From contig NW_003314389.1 of NCBI RefSeq assembly GCF_000143415.4, forward strand, positions 44,158 through 108,157: a stretch of 64,000 nucleotides of DNA. The letters are read 5' to 3'. Numbering within the stretch: position 1 is the stretch's first letter; every line of letters begins with the position of its first letter. Under the pieces are notes generated by a model. It did no database searches and had not been told where the DNA came from. It was given only the letters and a program-made list of their open reading frames with translations. Shown piece after piece: positions 23,418 through 36,860 of this stretch. The stretch is from Selaginella moellendorffii (lineage: Eukaryota; Plantae; Lycopodiophyta). Made by a program: the position numbers and the translations under genes.

Positions 23418-26400
23418 TATGAGACACAAAATCCCTAGGCCCCAAAGTGGAGCCAGAAGGGCGCCACATGGTAGTGGCCGAAGCGAGAGCCAAACGAGCG
23501 TAACACGTTTGGACCAAAAGCTCCGACTTGAAAAGTCAAGAGTGGGAGTGGAACTCCCAACGAAGTGCTCGAGGAACGAGCACGAAGCGAGCAAAAGGCG
23601 AGGCTCCAAAAAGGGACCCAAAAGGACCAACACATGACACGTGGGAGTGTCCGAGATGGACTCGAGTTGGAGTCCGAAGTGGAGTCCGAGATGGAGTCCG
23701 AGATGGAGTCCGAGGTGGACCCGAGATGGACCCGAAATGGAGTTTGAGATGGAGTCCGAGATGGACCCGAGATGGAGTCCGAGATGGAGTCCGAGATGGA
23801 GTCCGAGGTGGACCCGAGATGGACCTGAGATGGAGTCCGAGATGGAGTCCGAGATGGAGTCCGAGATGGAGTCCGAGGTGGACCCGAGATGGACCCGAGA
23901 TGGAGTTCGAGATGGAGTCCGAGGTGGACCCGAGATGGACCCGAAATGGAGTCCGAGATGGAGTCCGAGATGTAGTCCGAGATGGAGTCCGAGATGGAGT
24001 CCGAGATGGAGTCCGAGGTGGACCCGAGAGTGACCCGAGATGGAGTCCGAGATGGAGTCGGAAGTCGAGAGCATTCGTCTCCCAAACCCTGGGGGGTTTT
24101 GTGAGCTCCAAAAGTATAGNNNNNNNNNNNNNNNNNNNNNNNNNNNNNNNNNNNNNNNNNNNNNNNNNNNNNNNNNNNNNNNNNNNNNNNNNNNNNNNNN
24201 NNNNNNNNNNNNNNNNNNNNNNNNNNNNNNNNNNNNNNNNNNNNNNNNNNNNNNNNNNNNNNNNNNNNNNNNNNNNNNNNNNNNNNNNTTCCCCCGAGAG
24301 ATCGACTGGCCGATGCTCCCAGTCCAAGTGTGGGTGGCACTACCTACTTGGATACCTAGTGTGGCTCAACGGAACCTCGCTCTAAGCCCATGGCTAGAGC
24401 ACCTAAAGGCGAAAGGCGGGGAGAGTACCCAGGTGGCTCGCGTAAGGCCAGGGTGTTCCAAAATGTTGTGACCAAAGACACAGTCGTGTGGTGAGGAAGT
24501 CCCAGAGGGCCGTGGGACTGAGTGGTCGGGCCTGTGGGCCTCGATCCAGTGGCAGTGTTGGCAAACACGGCCAGGGGCAGAAATGGACTTGGTAGGAACT
24601 GACAAAGGGACTTTGGGGAAGGCGATTCCCCCAGTCTGTGGGCATCCTAAGGATGCTAAGGAGTGGATCTAGGATGACCACTCGTGGACAGATGGCCCAG
24701 TCTTGGAGAGCCAAGACTGTGATGCAAGTGGTATTGGACTACCAGTGTGGCAAAGGTGATTGGGCATGGCCTTAGCGTAACGGGCTGCTATGTCAGTGGT
24801 ACCTTTGAGTGTCGGTCATGGGATCGGACACGTGGAGCACTTGGACCAAGTGTAAATGTTGAGTGGCATGGATGCCATTCTCGGGGCTAGCAAATCCCAA
24901 GTCCTGGATTGGACTTATGGAGGTTGTGAATGAGACTCCTCCAAGTGGTCGGAGGTGTGGTTAAGTGACTAAAGTAGAATGGAAAAATTATTCGCTTACA
25001 ATTTGGTATCGGAGCTATTCCTTAGTCGGACTTTTATTGGCGCTCAAGTATATCACCATTGATATTGGCATCGGAAGGTCCTAGGAGTGGTCCTATCCTT
25101 GAGGAGTAGCACGTCGAGAGGACATGGCTCTCCACTTGAGTTCATGCATGAACTTGGGCGTGATGTGGTGGATAAAAAAAAAGGGGCCAGTAAGGGAACG
25201 ACTTTGGGATCTTGGGAACAGTATATGGTTTTCCTCAAAGAGTTGGGGATGTGATCCAGATGAGCGTTTGACTTAGCAAACTGGCTAGTGTAGTTGTGGT
25301 AAACAACTACAGTTGGGATCACGGGAAAGATAAAGACTCCAAAGCAATAAAGGAGTCACAATATTTTCCTCATATAGTTGAGGTTGGTGCTCATGAATGT
25401 GAGACCAGAAGTAATGACCGTGGGAGGTCAAATACGGAAGAGGACTCAAGTCCTTGAAAAGGTAGCCGGGGCTACCTCTAATAAATGCTGGAACAACCCC
25501 AGGTGTTGGGGGTGTATTAAGTGGATGAGTTGGTGTTCTCATCACATGGACAAGTAATCCTAAAGGGCAAAGGTTGCCCTCAGAGAACAAAATCAAGTGT
25601 CGGAGTAACACTTGTGAAAATAGTCCTTTTGAGTAGGATAGGAACGCAAGAAGTGTATTCCAGTGACCTAGTGCCTCACAAGTAGGACCTTACGGGTCTG
25701 TGGATTAACCAAGTCCAAAACTGCTGGATGACTCAAGTAGAGTCAAGGGATGGTCCTAAAAGGACTAATGGAAGCATTTGGACTGAGGTGTGTTGTACCC
25801 CACAAAGGATGGGGGGGGATCATAGGATCCAAGGATGAGAACAGAGGGTATCTCATCGATGGCAAAATATGCCATGCTAAAATTATGGGAAAGGTGTTCC
25901 CAGAAGAAAACAACTTTGACATAAAGTTGTGTGTGACCTCTATGGTGCAGTGCTAACGGATGGTTGGCATTAGAAAGAGCGGTGTTGGTCTTGGCAAAGA
26001 CTTAGACACGAAGGGGAAATGTCATAGAGGTAGGCTCGTGGAGCCGATGGTGTGGAGACACCAAATGTGCCAAGGTGTGATACCTTGAGGCTATGTTGGT
26101 GGGTTCATGAGAACCCCTTGCCAAAGGAATCCCAATGGAAATGGGAATAGCATAGCCTAAGCTGCAGAGCATGCAATTGGAGTGTGGTGACCCAGATAAT
26201 GATGGAGGTGTGAAAGCACCAAGCAATGAGTTGTAGGACTTGACAACTATGAGGCAACTAAGCAAGAGGTGCAAAATAACTGGTTAAACGGGTAAAAAGT
26301 AGCTACCCAAGACGTCTTAATAGCATAAGGAAGTTGGATATACCCTTACGGGGGATAAGTTGCTTGTGTTGCGATATAGTAAGTCAATGTCATAAAAGGA

Positions 26401-29400
26401 AATACTCATTGTCAAGAAAGCCATCATTGGGACACCCGAACACTCTAGAACACCAGAAGGTGGTGTTTGATGTCGCGAGGGCAATGGATAAAGCCCAAGG
26501 GACTAAGTCCCTAGCGAATGGTGGATAAAAGGTGCTATCCAAATGTCCAAGGTTGCGGAGACAGGAGAGGACTGTCTACCCGAGTTGGACAAAGCCAAAA
26601 ATGGAATTTTGGCAAGGCTAGTGATGGGCATATAAAGGCCCATAAGCAACAATGTAATCCCAGTGTGTGGGATTATAAGGTGAGCATACCCGGATTGAGG
26701 AACCACTCCCTAGGCTATTAGGTAGGTTCATCCCTAAGAATACTTGCTAAAGCATGATAGAAAGTGCAAAGCTATCCTCCTGGTCTGGAGGAGAATGACC
26801 AAAGGAAAGGTGTGAAGCCAAAAAGCAAGAAGTAAGGGGATAGAACCAAACTGTAGGAATCAAAGGGCATAACCAAGGTTGGTTATGCCAGCTGGGAGTG
26901 GAGAATCAAGTGGGGGCTCGAGGGTGTTGCCGCTAGCAACCGTGATGCCATGGAGAGTCTAAAATATGGAAGTGTCCATGTTAGACTATGTGGCATTTGG
27001 AAGGCTTGCAAAAAGGGAGGCCTTAGCAAGCTGAGGGACAGAGTTCCTTTAAGGTTCCCAAAGACGATTCTAGGTAGTTTAGTACCTAGAAAGGCCAAGT
27101 GTAAATGGTAATGGAACGCGCGAAATCAGAGTGGTGCAGCAGAAGCGTGGTCTTGAAGCTTGCCATGAGGCAAGGCTATCAAGGTTAGGGAAGTAGTTCC
27201 CGAGTGTTCAAAGAGGGGGCTTTGAACGAAAGTCGATAGTCAAGGACTTTCACGCTTATGCAGGAACCATGTTACAATGGTCGGAGGACTTGCCAAGTGA
27301 GATTGGCACGTCGGGGGAACAAAGACCCTAGTTGAAGGTGATATCTTCAAAAAGGGTGGGCCATGGGGCCGAGCATGGAGGAGTCCATGCATGATCACAG
27401 ACATGTCAAGTGAGAGGACTTGGCAGTGTGGAGGAACTAGGTTCCTAAGCTGTGATCTGTAGCGCGCTTTAAAAATAGGTTGGTGCACCGGTGTGGGGAG
27501 TCACGCCAGGCATCTAGTGTGATGCCATCCGTAGATGCATATACGGAGGTTGGGTTTGAGTCCTGACCCTCTAGTGCTTGGGTTCGAGTCCCAAATCACT
27601 AGGGCGTGGTGATGGTTTGGAATATGAGGACACTCATATTTCGGTGGTCATGGACTCTCAGTGGGGAGACTGGTTTGGGCACACCGCCAAGCGAGGGATG
27701 CCTCGGAGTCGTGATGCATGGTTAGATTGCTTAGTGTGAAAGCTCGGCATATCTAACTTGAACACTTTGGTGCAAGTGGCACCAAGCTCGTGGTGAGTGA
27801 GATGGGGACACCTAATCTCAGTTGCTATGAACCCTTGGCCGTAAGGGCTAGCTTGGGTGCACCGCCAAGTGTGGGGGATGCCCCCGGGGTTATAATCAAC
27901 AACTTGGAGGTCTAGGAAAACCAAGTACCTCTTGGCAACTCTGTTAAGGTGCCAAGGTGAGATCACTAGGTGATCTTATGGCCAGATAAGGACAAGGTCC
28001 TTGGTTGGCTAAGGAATGAAGTTCCTGGTTCAAAATGTTGAAATTGAACTGTTTAAGGTGGTGTGGCTTGGTTGTGATGACCAAGTGGGAAGAGCACCTA
28101 AGGAAAATAAACTATGTCCATGCGATGGCATAGTGAGTCCGAGGAAAGTAGTCTCTATAAAAGACCCATGGGAGGGTCACGAAGTTGGGCCGTGGATAGA
28201 GCCCATAACAGAAGATGCTAAAGAGACGTACTAGGGGTGAACATCCTCCGGACTTGGCAAAGAGGAGTCTTTGCTATGGAACCGAAACAATACCTCAAGG
28301 AGGGAGGTAGAGATTCGATGTTGCTTGGTGCAACAACCAACAGATAGGAGCAAAAGATGAGTGGCCAAGATAGGGCCGTGGAATCCCTTGGAAGGAATCC
28401 AAATGACAAAGTTAGGCGAGGAACACTAATGTGTTGGACGCTAACAAGTTGCGGGAAAGGAAGTGTGTTTCCAAGGAGGGATTCCAAAATGCTCCGATTT
28501 GGTGAAAGTGGAAGCTCTAAGGGAGGGAGCGGTAAGGTAGCCAAATGATAGGGCCATGAACAGCCCTAGCACAAAGTATGATAACTGGAACTTTGGCACG
28601 AAATAGAAGAGAGGATGATGGTGCCCTCGAGTAGAGAACTTCCTAGGATGGGAAGTGGAGTTGCACAAAAGGTGCAAGGCAAGGTGTCGGAGACACCTAG
28701 GAAATTGACTCCAAGAAGTCAAAATTCAAAGTTCCAAAGTGCAAAGGTTATATCGATGGAAATTGAGACTACTCGAGAAGGAGTAGTGGGATTGACTTAG
28801 AGAAGGGTCTCTAAGAGGTTTAGCGAGAACTAAACCAATAAAAGGAGAGAACCATTACAAGTGGTCCAATCAGTCTCTAAGTTGGAGAGACTACGCTCCT
28901 TAAAGGATGGACAAGGCATGGTGAGCCTTTGGTGTCAAACCATAGACAAAGATTGGCTAGATGCCAAGGATGGAAATGGTAACACGTGTGGGTGTTACTT
29001 TATGAAAGGGTTTACCGTTCGATGAGGACATCGAACTTCGTCTATGGGTGGTGGAGTTGTGAGACACAAAATCCCTAGGCCCCAAAGTGGAGCCGGAAGG
29101 GCGCCACATGGTAGTGGCCGAAGCGAGAGCCAAACGAGCGTAACACGTTTGGACCAAAAGCTCCGACTTGAAAAGTCAAGAGCGGGAGTGGAACTCCCAA
29201 CGAAGTGCTCGAGGAACGAGCACGAAGCGAGCAAAAGGCGAGGCTCCAAAAAGGGACCCAAAAGGACCAACACATGACACGTGGGAGTGTCCGAGATGGA
29301 CTCGAGTTGGAGTCTGAAGTGGAGTCCGAGATGGAGTCCGAGATGGAGTCCGAGGTGGACTCGAGATGGACCCAAAATGGAGTCCGAGATGGAGTCCGAG

Positions 29401-30956
29401 ATGGACCCGAGATGGAGTCCGAGATGGAGTCCGAGATGGAGTCCGAGATGGAGTCCGAGATGGACCCGAGATGGAGTCCGAGATGGAGTCCGAGATGGAG
29501 TCCGAGGTGAACCCGAGATGGACCCGAGATGGAGTCCGAGATGGATCCCGAGATGGAGTCCGAGATGGACCCGAGATGGAGTCCGAGATGGAGTCCGAGA
29601 TGGACCCGAGATGGAGTCCGAGATGGACCCGAGATGGAGTCCGAGATGGACCCGAGATGGAGTCCAAGGTGGACCCGAGATGGACCCGAAATGGAGTCCG
29701 AGATGGAGTCCGAGATGGACCCGAGATGGAGTCCAAGATGTAGTCCGAGATGGAGTCCGAGATGGAGTCCGAGATGGACCCGAGATGGAGTCCAAGATGT
29801 AGTCCGAGATGGAGTCCGAGATGGAGTCCGAGATGGAGTCCGAGGTGGACCCGAGATGGACCCGAGATGGAGTCCGAGATGGAGTCCGAAGTCGAGACCG
29901 AGACCGGGACCGAGACCGAGATCGGGACCGAGACCGAGACCGAGGCCGAGGCCGAGACCGAGTCCGAGTCCGAGTCCGAGTCCGAGTCTGAGTCCGAGTC
30001 CGGAGCCTGAGAGGGTGAAAGCCCAAAGCGTTCGTCTCCCAGACCCTGGGGGTTTGGTGAGCTCCAAAAGTATAGTAGGGGGAGGACTGCAGTGGGGCCA
30101 GTTTGGCCAGGAAAGGCCAGTTTGGCCCAAGAAGGCCAGACCCAGTGTTGGGTGATGAACTGACCACTGGGAAGTCCAAGACTAGAGTGAATACGGACCG
30201 ACAAGCGGGGTAGCTTGGTGAAGTGTTCAAGAGCCGGCTCTAGTTCCCCCCGGGAGATCGACTGGCCGATGCTCCCAGTCCAAGTGTGGGTGGCACTACC
30301 TACTTGGATACCAGGCGTGGCTCAACGGAACCTCGCTCTAAGCCCATGGCTAGAGCACCTAAAGGCGAAAGGCGGGGAGAGTACCCAGGTGGCTCGCGTA
30401 AGGCCACGGTGTTCCGAAATGTTGTGACCAAAGACACAGTCGTGTGGTGAGGAAGTCCCAGAGGGCCGTGGGACTGAGTGGTCGGGCTTGTGGGCCTCGA
30501 TCCAGTGGCAGTGTTGGCAAACACGGCCAGGGGCAGAAAGGGACTTGGTAGGAACTGACAAAGGGACTTTGGGGAAGGCGATTCCCCCAGTCTGTGGGCA
30601 TCCTAAGGATGCTAAGGAGTGGATCTAGGATGACCACTCGTGGACAGATGGCCCAGTCTTGGAGAGCCAAGACTGTGATGCAAGTGGTATTGGACTACCA
30701 GTGTGGCAAAGGTGATTGGGCATGGCCTTAGCGTAACGGGCTGCTATGTCAGTGGTACCTTTGAGTGTCGGTCATGGGATCGGACACGTGGAGCACTTGG
30801 ACCAAGTGCAAATGTTGAGTGGCATGGATGCCATTCTCGGGGCTAGCAAGTCCTAAGTCCTGGATTGGACTTATGGAGGTTGTGAATGAGACTCCTCCAA
30901 GTGGTCGGAGGTGTGGTTAAGTGACTAAAGTAGAATGGAAAAATTAGTCGCTTACA
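23418..30956 (+). mobile_element. Full-length family-A non-autonomous LTR element (LARD-like)
   Basis: TSD GCCCC at 23413-23417 and 30957-30961. 5' LTR 23418-25000, PBS TGGTATCGGAGC at 25004, ~4.06 kb internal region without gag/pol, 3' LTR 29058-30956 (TG...CA). Confidence 0.9.
29290..30003. repeat. LTR-borne minisatellite: GATGGAGTCCGA/GATGGACCCGA units followed by GAGACC and GAGTCC hexamers. Also at 23650-24065, 42180-42715, 52790-53095, 53490-53750, 58340-58470, 58715-59422, 60400-61035
   Basis: Directly visible tandem 12-mer, 11-mer and 6-mer arrays. These generate the MESE/WSPR/DGVR/LGLH/RTPS/SDSI ORFs. Confidence 0.95.
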
Positions 30957-33065
30957 GCCCCAACCCTCATGAGCAAAGAAACCAAACCTATCGGTAATGT
31001 TTAGATAAACTACTATAAATAGGCAGTTAGAGTTGTTTACACGGTCATGCCCTTTTAACGGAATAAGGAACATCGACAGAAAGGCAAGTGATGTGACCAG
31101 TCGACAGTAGCTACCCCATGACTAAAGATTTCACTATGCACACGAAGTGCCGAAGCCAGTCTGCATATACTAGCCCAAACTCAAAGATCAATAAATGGAC
31201 AATATCAAAGTCATAAACAATGATATCTTAGAGACTTAATTATCAGTGAATAAATCTTAGATTAGAACACAAAAGTATTCTAAATAAGTTATCATCCGAT
31301 AAACTAGTATTATAGTATAGGAACCACCAAGATCGCTATCATTGGAAAACATAGGATTCACCATCCAACAAAATTCAATAGCAAGTATAGCATCAAGTAA
31401 ATTCAATGATGAAACTTAATTACCAAAAATGGCAGATAGCATGCCAACAACTCACAAAACACAACTCAAAGAACACAAAGTATTATTGACTAACAAGCAC
31501 AATGCTCGCGAATGTATCACCCGAATCTTAATCTATAAGAACTAACTCGAGCAATAATCAACAAAACAAAATAAATGTTGCAAAGAAAAAAAACACTTAG
31601 TCATGCCAACCATTGACCAGCCAACGGAATAGATCCCGATCAACAATACCAAGGAACTCAAGTTGCCTAAGCAAGTGTTAACAATGTCCTACTGATGTCT
31701 CAAACCCAAGAGACTAATCCAAAGAAAACCACAAAGAACATGTGGTATTGCCAAAAACCATAAGTTATCAAAGAGAACAACTAACCATTATGAAAGATCA
31801 TCAATCATCCCATCAATAGAGAGATGCATAATCGTTATTGAAGAAAGAATCCACCATCCCAAAGAATGGCAAATCATTCTAGATTAACAATAATTAAGTA
31901 AAACCTTCGACAAGGATAATCAACTATCCTAGATGATAGTCAATCATCACCAATGATTACTAGATGCAAAAGCCAACTTCAACATCGAAGCTAATGGGCC
32001 AAAATGCCTTCCCCAACAACTTTGAACAAATGGAAATGTAAGCATGAAAACTCAAGGAACCAAAAGCTCAAAAAAGCCTATAGCCAAGTCATGCCTAGCA
32101 ATGATCATGAGTCTCGCATGAACTAACTTCAATGCTAAAGAAGAAAATCATAGTACAATCCACAATATCCTCCTCAACACATCCATAAGCCAAACTTCAT
32201 AATGCTAAAGCTAATGAAGAGCATATTTGCATCAATGCAAAAGCTAAATATAACAAAGTGATGCTCAACAAGTGATCTCTAAAAGATCCTCCATGAATCC
32301 ATTTATAGTAAGACATAACTCACTTCATAACAAGCCCAAGAGAAATCATTAATGATTGATATATCCCAACTAAAATCCAACAAGGACTCAAATATTCCAA
32401 TATCAATCACCAACTCTTCCTCTTGTAAAGTTAGTATAGTGCAAGACTGAATCACTTTTCAAGGAAAAGCTCAAAGCTCAGCCCCTACTAAACAAATCAG
32501 CCATTGAAAAAGCTTAAGAAAATTTGTGGAAAATTTTCCATCCTAGAGAAAGAATGACTCTTAGTCTAGGAATGCAAACGTTCAAGACTCAACCAACTTC
32601 CTCCTATCTACAACTTCACATAAGTTCACTTTAACACTAATTCTCATGACCCATAGTATGCTTAAGCTTCGAACATCTTTACCCATACTTCCGACATCCA
32701 ACACTGACATCCGTAAAAATGCAAAATGAACATCCAAGGCTTGATCACGAAGACCACATCTTTGGATATCCACATTTGCACTAACACTCTTCTTTAACCA
32801 CCTTCAAGATCCAATGTGAAGCCAAAACACTAACAAAAAAAATGACATGGAAAATCAAGCTTTGAGAAAAAATTCCTCATCACTCGAAATAATAATGCCA
32901 CTTCCACTAACACAAGTGTTAGTAATGTCAATGTCTCAACTACACACCTTCTCCATCCAACAATTTACCCCAAGTGCTAACAGATCAACCGATGAGCTAT
33001 AGTAAATGAATGCTACAACCCTTTTCCAACACGTCATAGACAAACTCTCAAGGAAACAAGGTGAG

Positions 33066-33778
33066 TGTAGCGCATGTGATCATGGGATGAAGTTGGTGGA
33101 TCACCTCACATCACATGCGCTACACTAACCGCAGTCACCATACATCCTTAGAACCTTAGGGGATAAATGAGGATAAAATAGCCACTAAGGGCTCTCTTAT
33201 CAAGCAATTGCCCCTTTTCCAGTTGGGTTAAGGGGAGAGAGATAAGGTGCGTTATAGTTTGTATCGGAGCGAAATGGCATGGGTTTGATTCCCATTAATT
33301 AGTGGCTACTTAAAAATATAATATACCCTTGAGCAAGGTATATTCCTACCTCTAAATTTGAAATCGTACGTATTGGGCATCCATGCGTATGTCCTTCCTC
33401 TTATGTGGAGTATCTACAGACGAAGATATCCACCGTGGGACTGCGGTATGAGTGGATGACTAGTTGCTTCACATGAAATAGCTAATCTACACAATGGAAG
33501 GATTGGTATATTTAATGTAGAAATGGAGGTGCTGGTTCCCTTTGGCTCAATAGGGGTTGTTAGTTAATAGTCAATGAGGACATTGACATCCCTCAAGGGG
33601 GGGGCGGGGGGGTGAGTATAGCACATGTGATCATGGGATGAAATTTGGATATACTATCACCATAGATCCTTGGAACCTTGGGGGATAAATGGGGATAAAA
33701 TAGCTACTAAGGGTTCTTTTATCAAACAATTGCCCCTTTTCCAGTTGGATTAAGGGGAGAGAGATAAGGTGCGCTACA
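33066..33778 (+). mobile_element. TRIM (terminal-repeat retrotransposon in miniature), non-Cassandra
   Basis: LTRs at 33066-33256 and 33618-33778 (TGTAGCGC...GTGCGCTACA). Degenerate PBS T(T)GTATCGGAGC at ~33259; G-rich PPT at 33596-33617; ~360 nt non-coding interior. No TSD seen. Confidence 0.75.
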
Positions 33779-36700
33779 CAATCTGAGACATTAGTTTGGC
33801 TCCCATTAGGCTGTGTCGCTCCTTGTTTTGCGTCTGGCTTGGGTTTAAGCCCAAACTCCATGCTGCTTTAGTCGCTGAGGTACCCTCCTCCTCGTGTTAG
33901 GCCACCAGTATGCTAAAATTGTGCCAAACACTGTCTGACACCATTTTGCATGTAGGTGCTGGATACGGGGAGCTGGTGCTCATGGGATTATGCTAGACCC
34001 TCATTTCGTAGTGCAGCGGGCTTGGAGTTTGGCTTCAAAATCAGGTGCGCTATATTTGGTATCAGAGGAATTGTCTCAGCGATTCCTATCCAACTTTTGT
34101 CAGATTTTTTGACTCAAGTTACATATATAGACTTTTCTAGTAGATCCAAAGTGACTTGTGTAGGATTAGCGGGATTGCACCATTTGGTAAGAATGTTGTA
34201 TGCATGTTTAGTTACTGATAGAGGCATGCATGCAGCTAGCGGGATGGTGAAAAGGAACCACGCTGTGACGCTAAAACCTCTAGATGGGTAAATCGAGAGG
34301 AGGAAACTCCTACTAGAGATGCTATGGAAGAGGTTGAGGCTGAGTTAGAAAAGGAAGAGCTGGATGTTGCGGCACTACAGCATACAGCTCAGAAAGTCAA
34401 GATTGAGAATTTGCAAAGGGAAATTTGCAAATTGAAGAAGGAGAACAAGAAGAGGAAGAAAGAAACTAAAGCAGGTAAACTAGCTAAACCTAAGCAACCA
34501 GACTCCTTCTCAAGTTCTAAGGATGATGAAGTTCTGTAACCACCCCTGATTGCACGAGTTTCAAAGTTTAAGCCTGCAAAACCACCCAATATTAAAGGCA
34601 TGTGGGACTATCACGTTTTGGAAGACTAGGTCTATAATATGGAAAATTATTTCATAGCAGCAGATGTAGATGATTGTACAAAAGTTGCGTGTGTGCAATC
34701 TTTTCTCACCAATCATGCCAAAACTTGGTGGCGCGAGGTATGTGTTGAGAAAGGGCGGACTAGAAGTTGGACCAAGATGCGGTCTCGTATTCGTAAGGAA
34801 TACTTGCCAAATGATCTTGGTCTGAGACTTCACGCAGAGCTGCGACGGTTAAAGCAGCGAGGGGACCTTATGCATTACATTAATGTGTTTGCTTAGAAGC
34901 ACATTATGATTCTAAATATGAGTGACGAAGATGCTCGGAGTTATTTCCTAGAAGGTTTAAGTTCACTTTCTCCTAATGAGATTTTGAAGTTGAAGTCAAA
35001 GATGTACTTGGAGTGTAAGGAGGTAGCACAGGAAGTTGCCTTTAGCCATTCACTCATGGAATAATATCAACAGCCATATGTTGGTACCTCAGAGAAGAAT
35101 AAGAATTTTGGGAATAAATAAGGTGATCGGAAATAGAGGGTGGAAGGTAGGTTTCACCCTAGAAGCTCATAAGCAATGGTTAACAAAGGTGGTGGTGGTG
35201 GTTGGAGACCACTAGCAGCTTCTTCTTGTCCTAGGCCCTCTGTTCCTCCTCCTGGTGGGTACAAGCAGCAGCAACTTGTGAAACCTGCTCCTAGTGGAAC
35301 AGGTAGTGTGGGTCATTGTTTCCATTGTGGAGAGTCAGGACATAGGTCCTCGGAATGTCCCAACAAGCATAAGACAAGGTCTTGTATTAATATCATGAGG
35401 GAAGATAGTGGTGGTGAAGTTGAAGGGGTTGACGAGTTGGTCAATGCAGTCTATAAGGAAGAGGAGGTGAGTTACTTTCGTTGCTCTCCTCAAGCTTTTC
35501 TCGCAGTCAATACAAACACTAATCCATTGATATATCTAGTAGGCTTTGTCTGCGGACATTGAATCTGAGTGATGATTGACATGGGAGCTATGCATAGCGT
35601 GATATCTGAAGATTTAGGATTGAATGTTGAGCAAATGTCACCCATACACTTCTAGTTTGCGGAAGGTGGGCAAGTAGCTAGAAAATTTATGAGTGATGTT
35701 CCAATAAAAATATCCAAGTGGAAAGAAAGAGTGGACTTGGTAGTGTTGAAGATACTAGATTTTTAGATGGTGTTTGGTATGGACTTCTTCAACAAATATA
35801 TTAAAGGGATTTATGGTGCTGGACAAAGTCGTATCACTTTGAAGTCAGAAGGACATCCCGATATGTCCTTCCAGTTGCAAAAGCACTACTCATAGGATTG
35901 GGATGCTAAGTTCTTGACTATGAGAGCCACTCAAAAAGTAGCTAAGAAGGGATGTCAGACCTTTTGGGTTCAAGTGATGGAAGCTGAGGGTGTTGGAGAC
36001 TCGGTTCGAATTAGTGATGGGGTTGATCTCATACCAAAGAAGATATTGGAGTTGTTGATATATAATCAGGATACCTTTCCAAAGGATTTTCCACTAGGGC
36101 TACCTCCTAGCTGTGAGGTTGATCATCGGATTGAGGTCATTTCGGGTTCTACACCACCTACAAAGGCTCCATATCACTTGAACATCAAGGAGATGGCTGA
36201 ACTCAAGAAGCAACTCACAGAGCTTCTTGATAAAGGTCATATTCGACCAAACAAGTCACTTTATGGAGTGCTGGTCCTTTGTGTTATGAAAAAGGATGGA
36301 ACCATGAGGATGTGTATCGACTATTAACCACTCAACAAGATCATGGTTAAAATTAGTTATCCTTTACCTCGCATTGATGATTTGTTTGACTAACTCTTAA
36401 CGGCTAAGTATTTTACGCGACTTGATTTGCGGTTTGGGTATCACTAAATACGTGTGGCAGATTAGGATGTGGAGAAGATAGCCTTTAAAACTCGGTACGG
36501 ATCTTATGAGTTCCTTGTCATGCTGTTTGGGTTATGCAATGCTTTGGCAACATTCAACACTATGATGGATAGAATATTCAGAGATTATTTGGACACATTT
36601 GTTGTCCTATAAATTGATGATGTTCTAGTCTTCAGTGAAACATTGGAGGATTATTTGAAACACTTGGAGCTGGTGTTTCAGAAGTTGTGCGAACAGATGT

Positions 36701-36860
36701 GCGAACACAAATTGTATGCTAAGGAAAGTAAATGCGCTTTTGGACAATTGTGGGTAAACTTTCTCAAACATATAGTTGGTGGTGGCATAATTGAGGTGGA
36801 TCCAAAGAAAGTCGAAGCAATGAAGTCCTGGGAAGTCCCGACCACTATATCAAATGTTCG

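Larger units (their letters stand above)
21990..33060 (-). mobile_element. Family-B non-coding LTR element (3' LTR 21990-23109, PPT 23110-23123), interrupted by the family-A element 23418-30956
   Basis: Complete ~1.12 kb LTR on the minus strand (TGTCACAAA...GCTATA) preceded by the PPT GGGGGGGAGAG. 32470-33060 is the reverse complement of the internal region at ~56370-56930. No gag/pol ORF seen. Confidence 0.7.

Noticed and set aside
27548-27595. tRNA or SINE (GGTTCGAGTCCC B-box-like; also ~33283)
   Set aside because: No A-box or cloverleaf; isolated motifs inside retroelement interiors.
29290-29890. CRISPR-like array
   Set aside because: Contiguous tandem units without unique spacers, a eukaryotic context and no cas genes.
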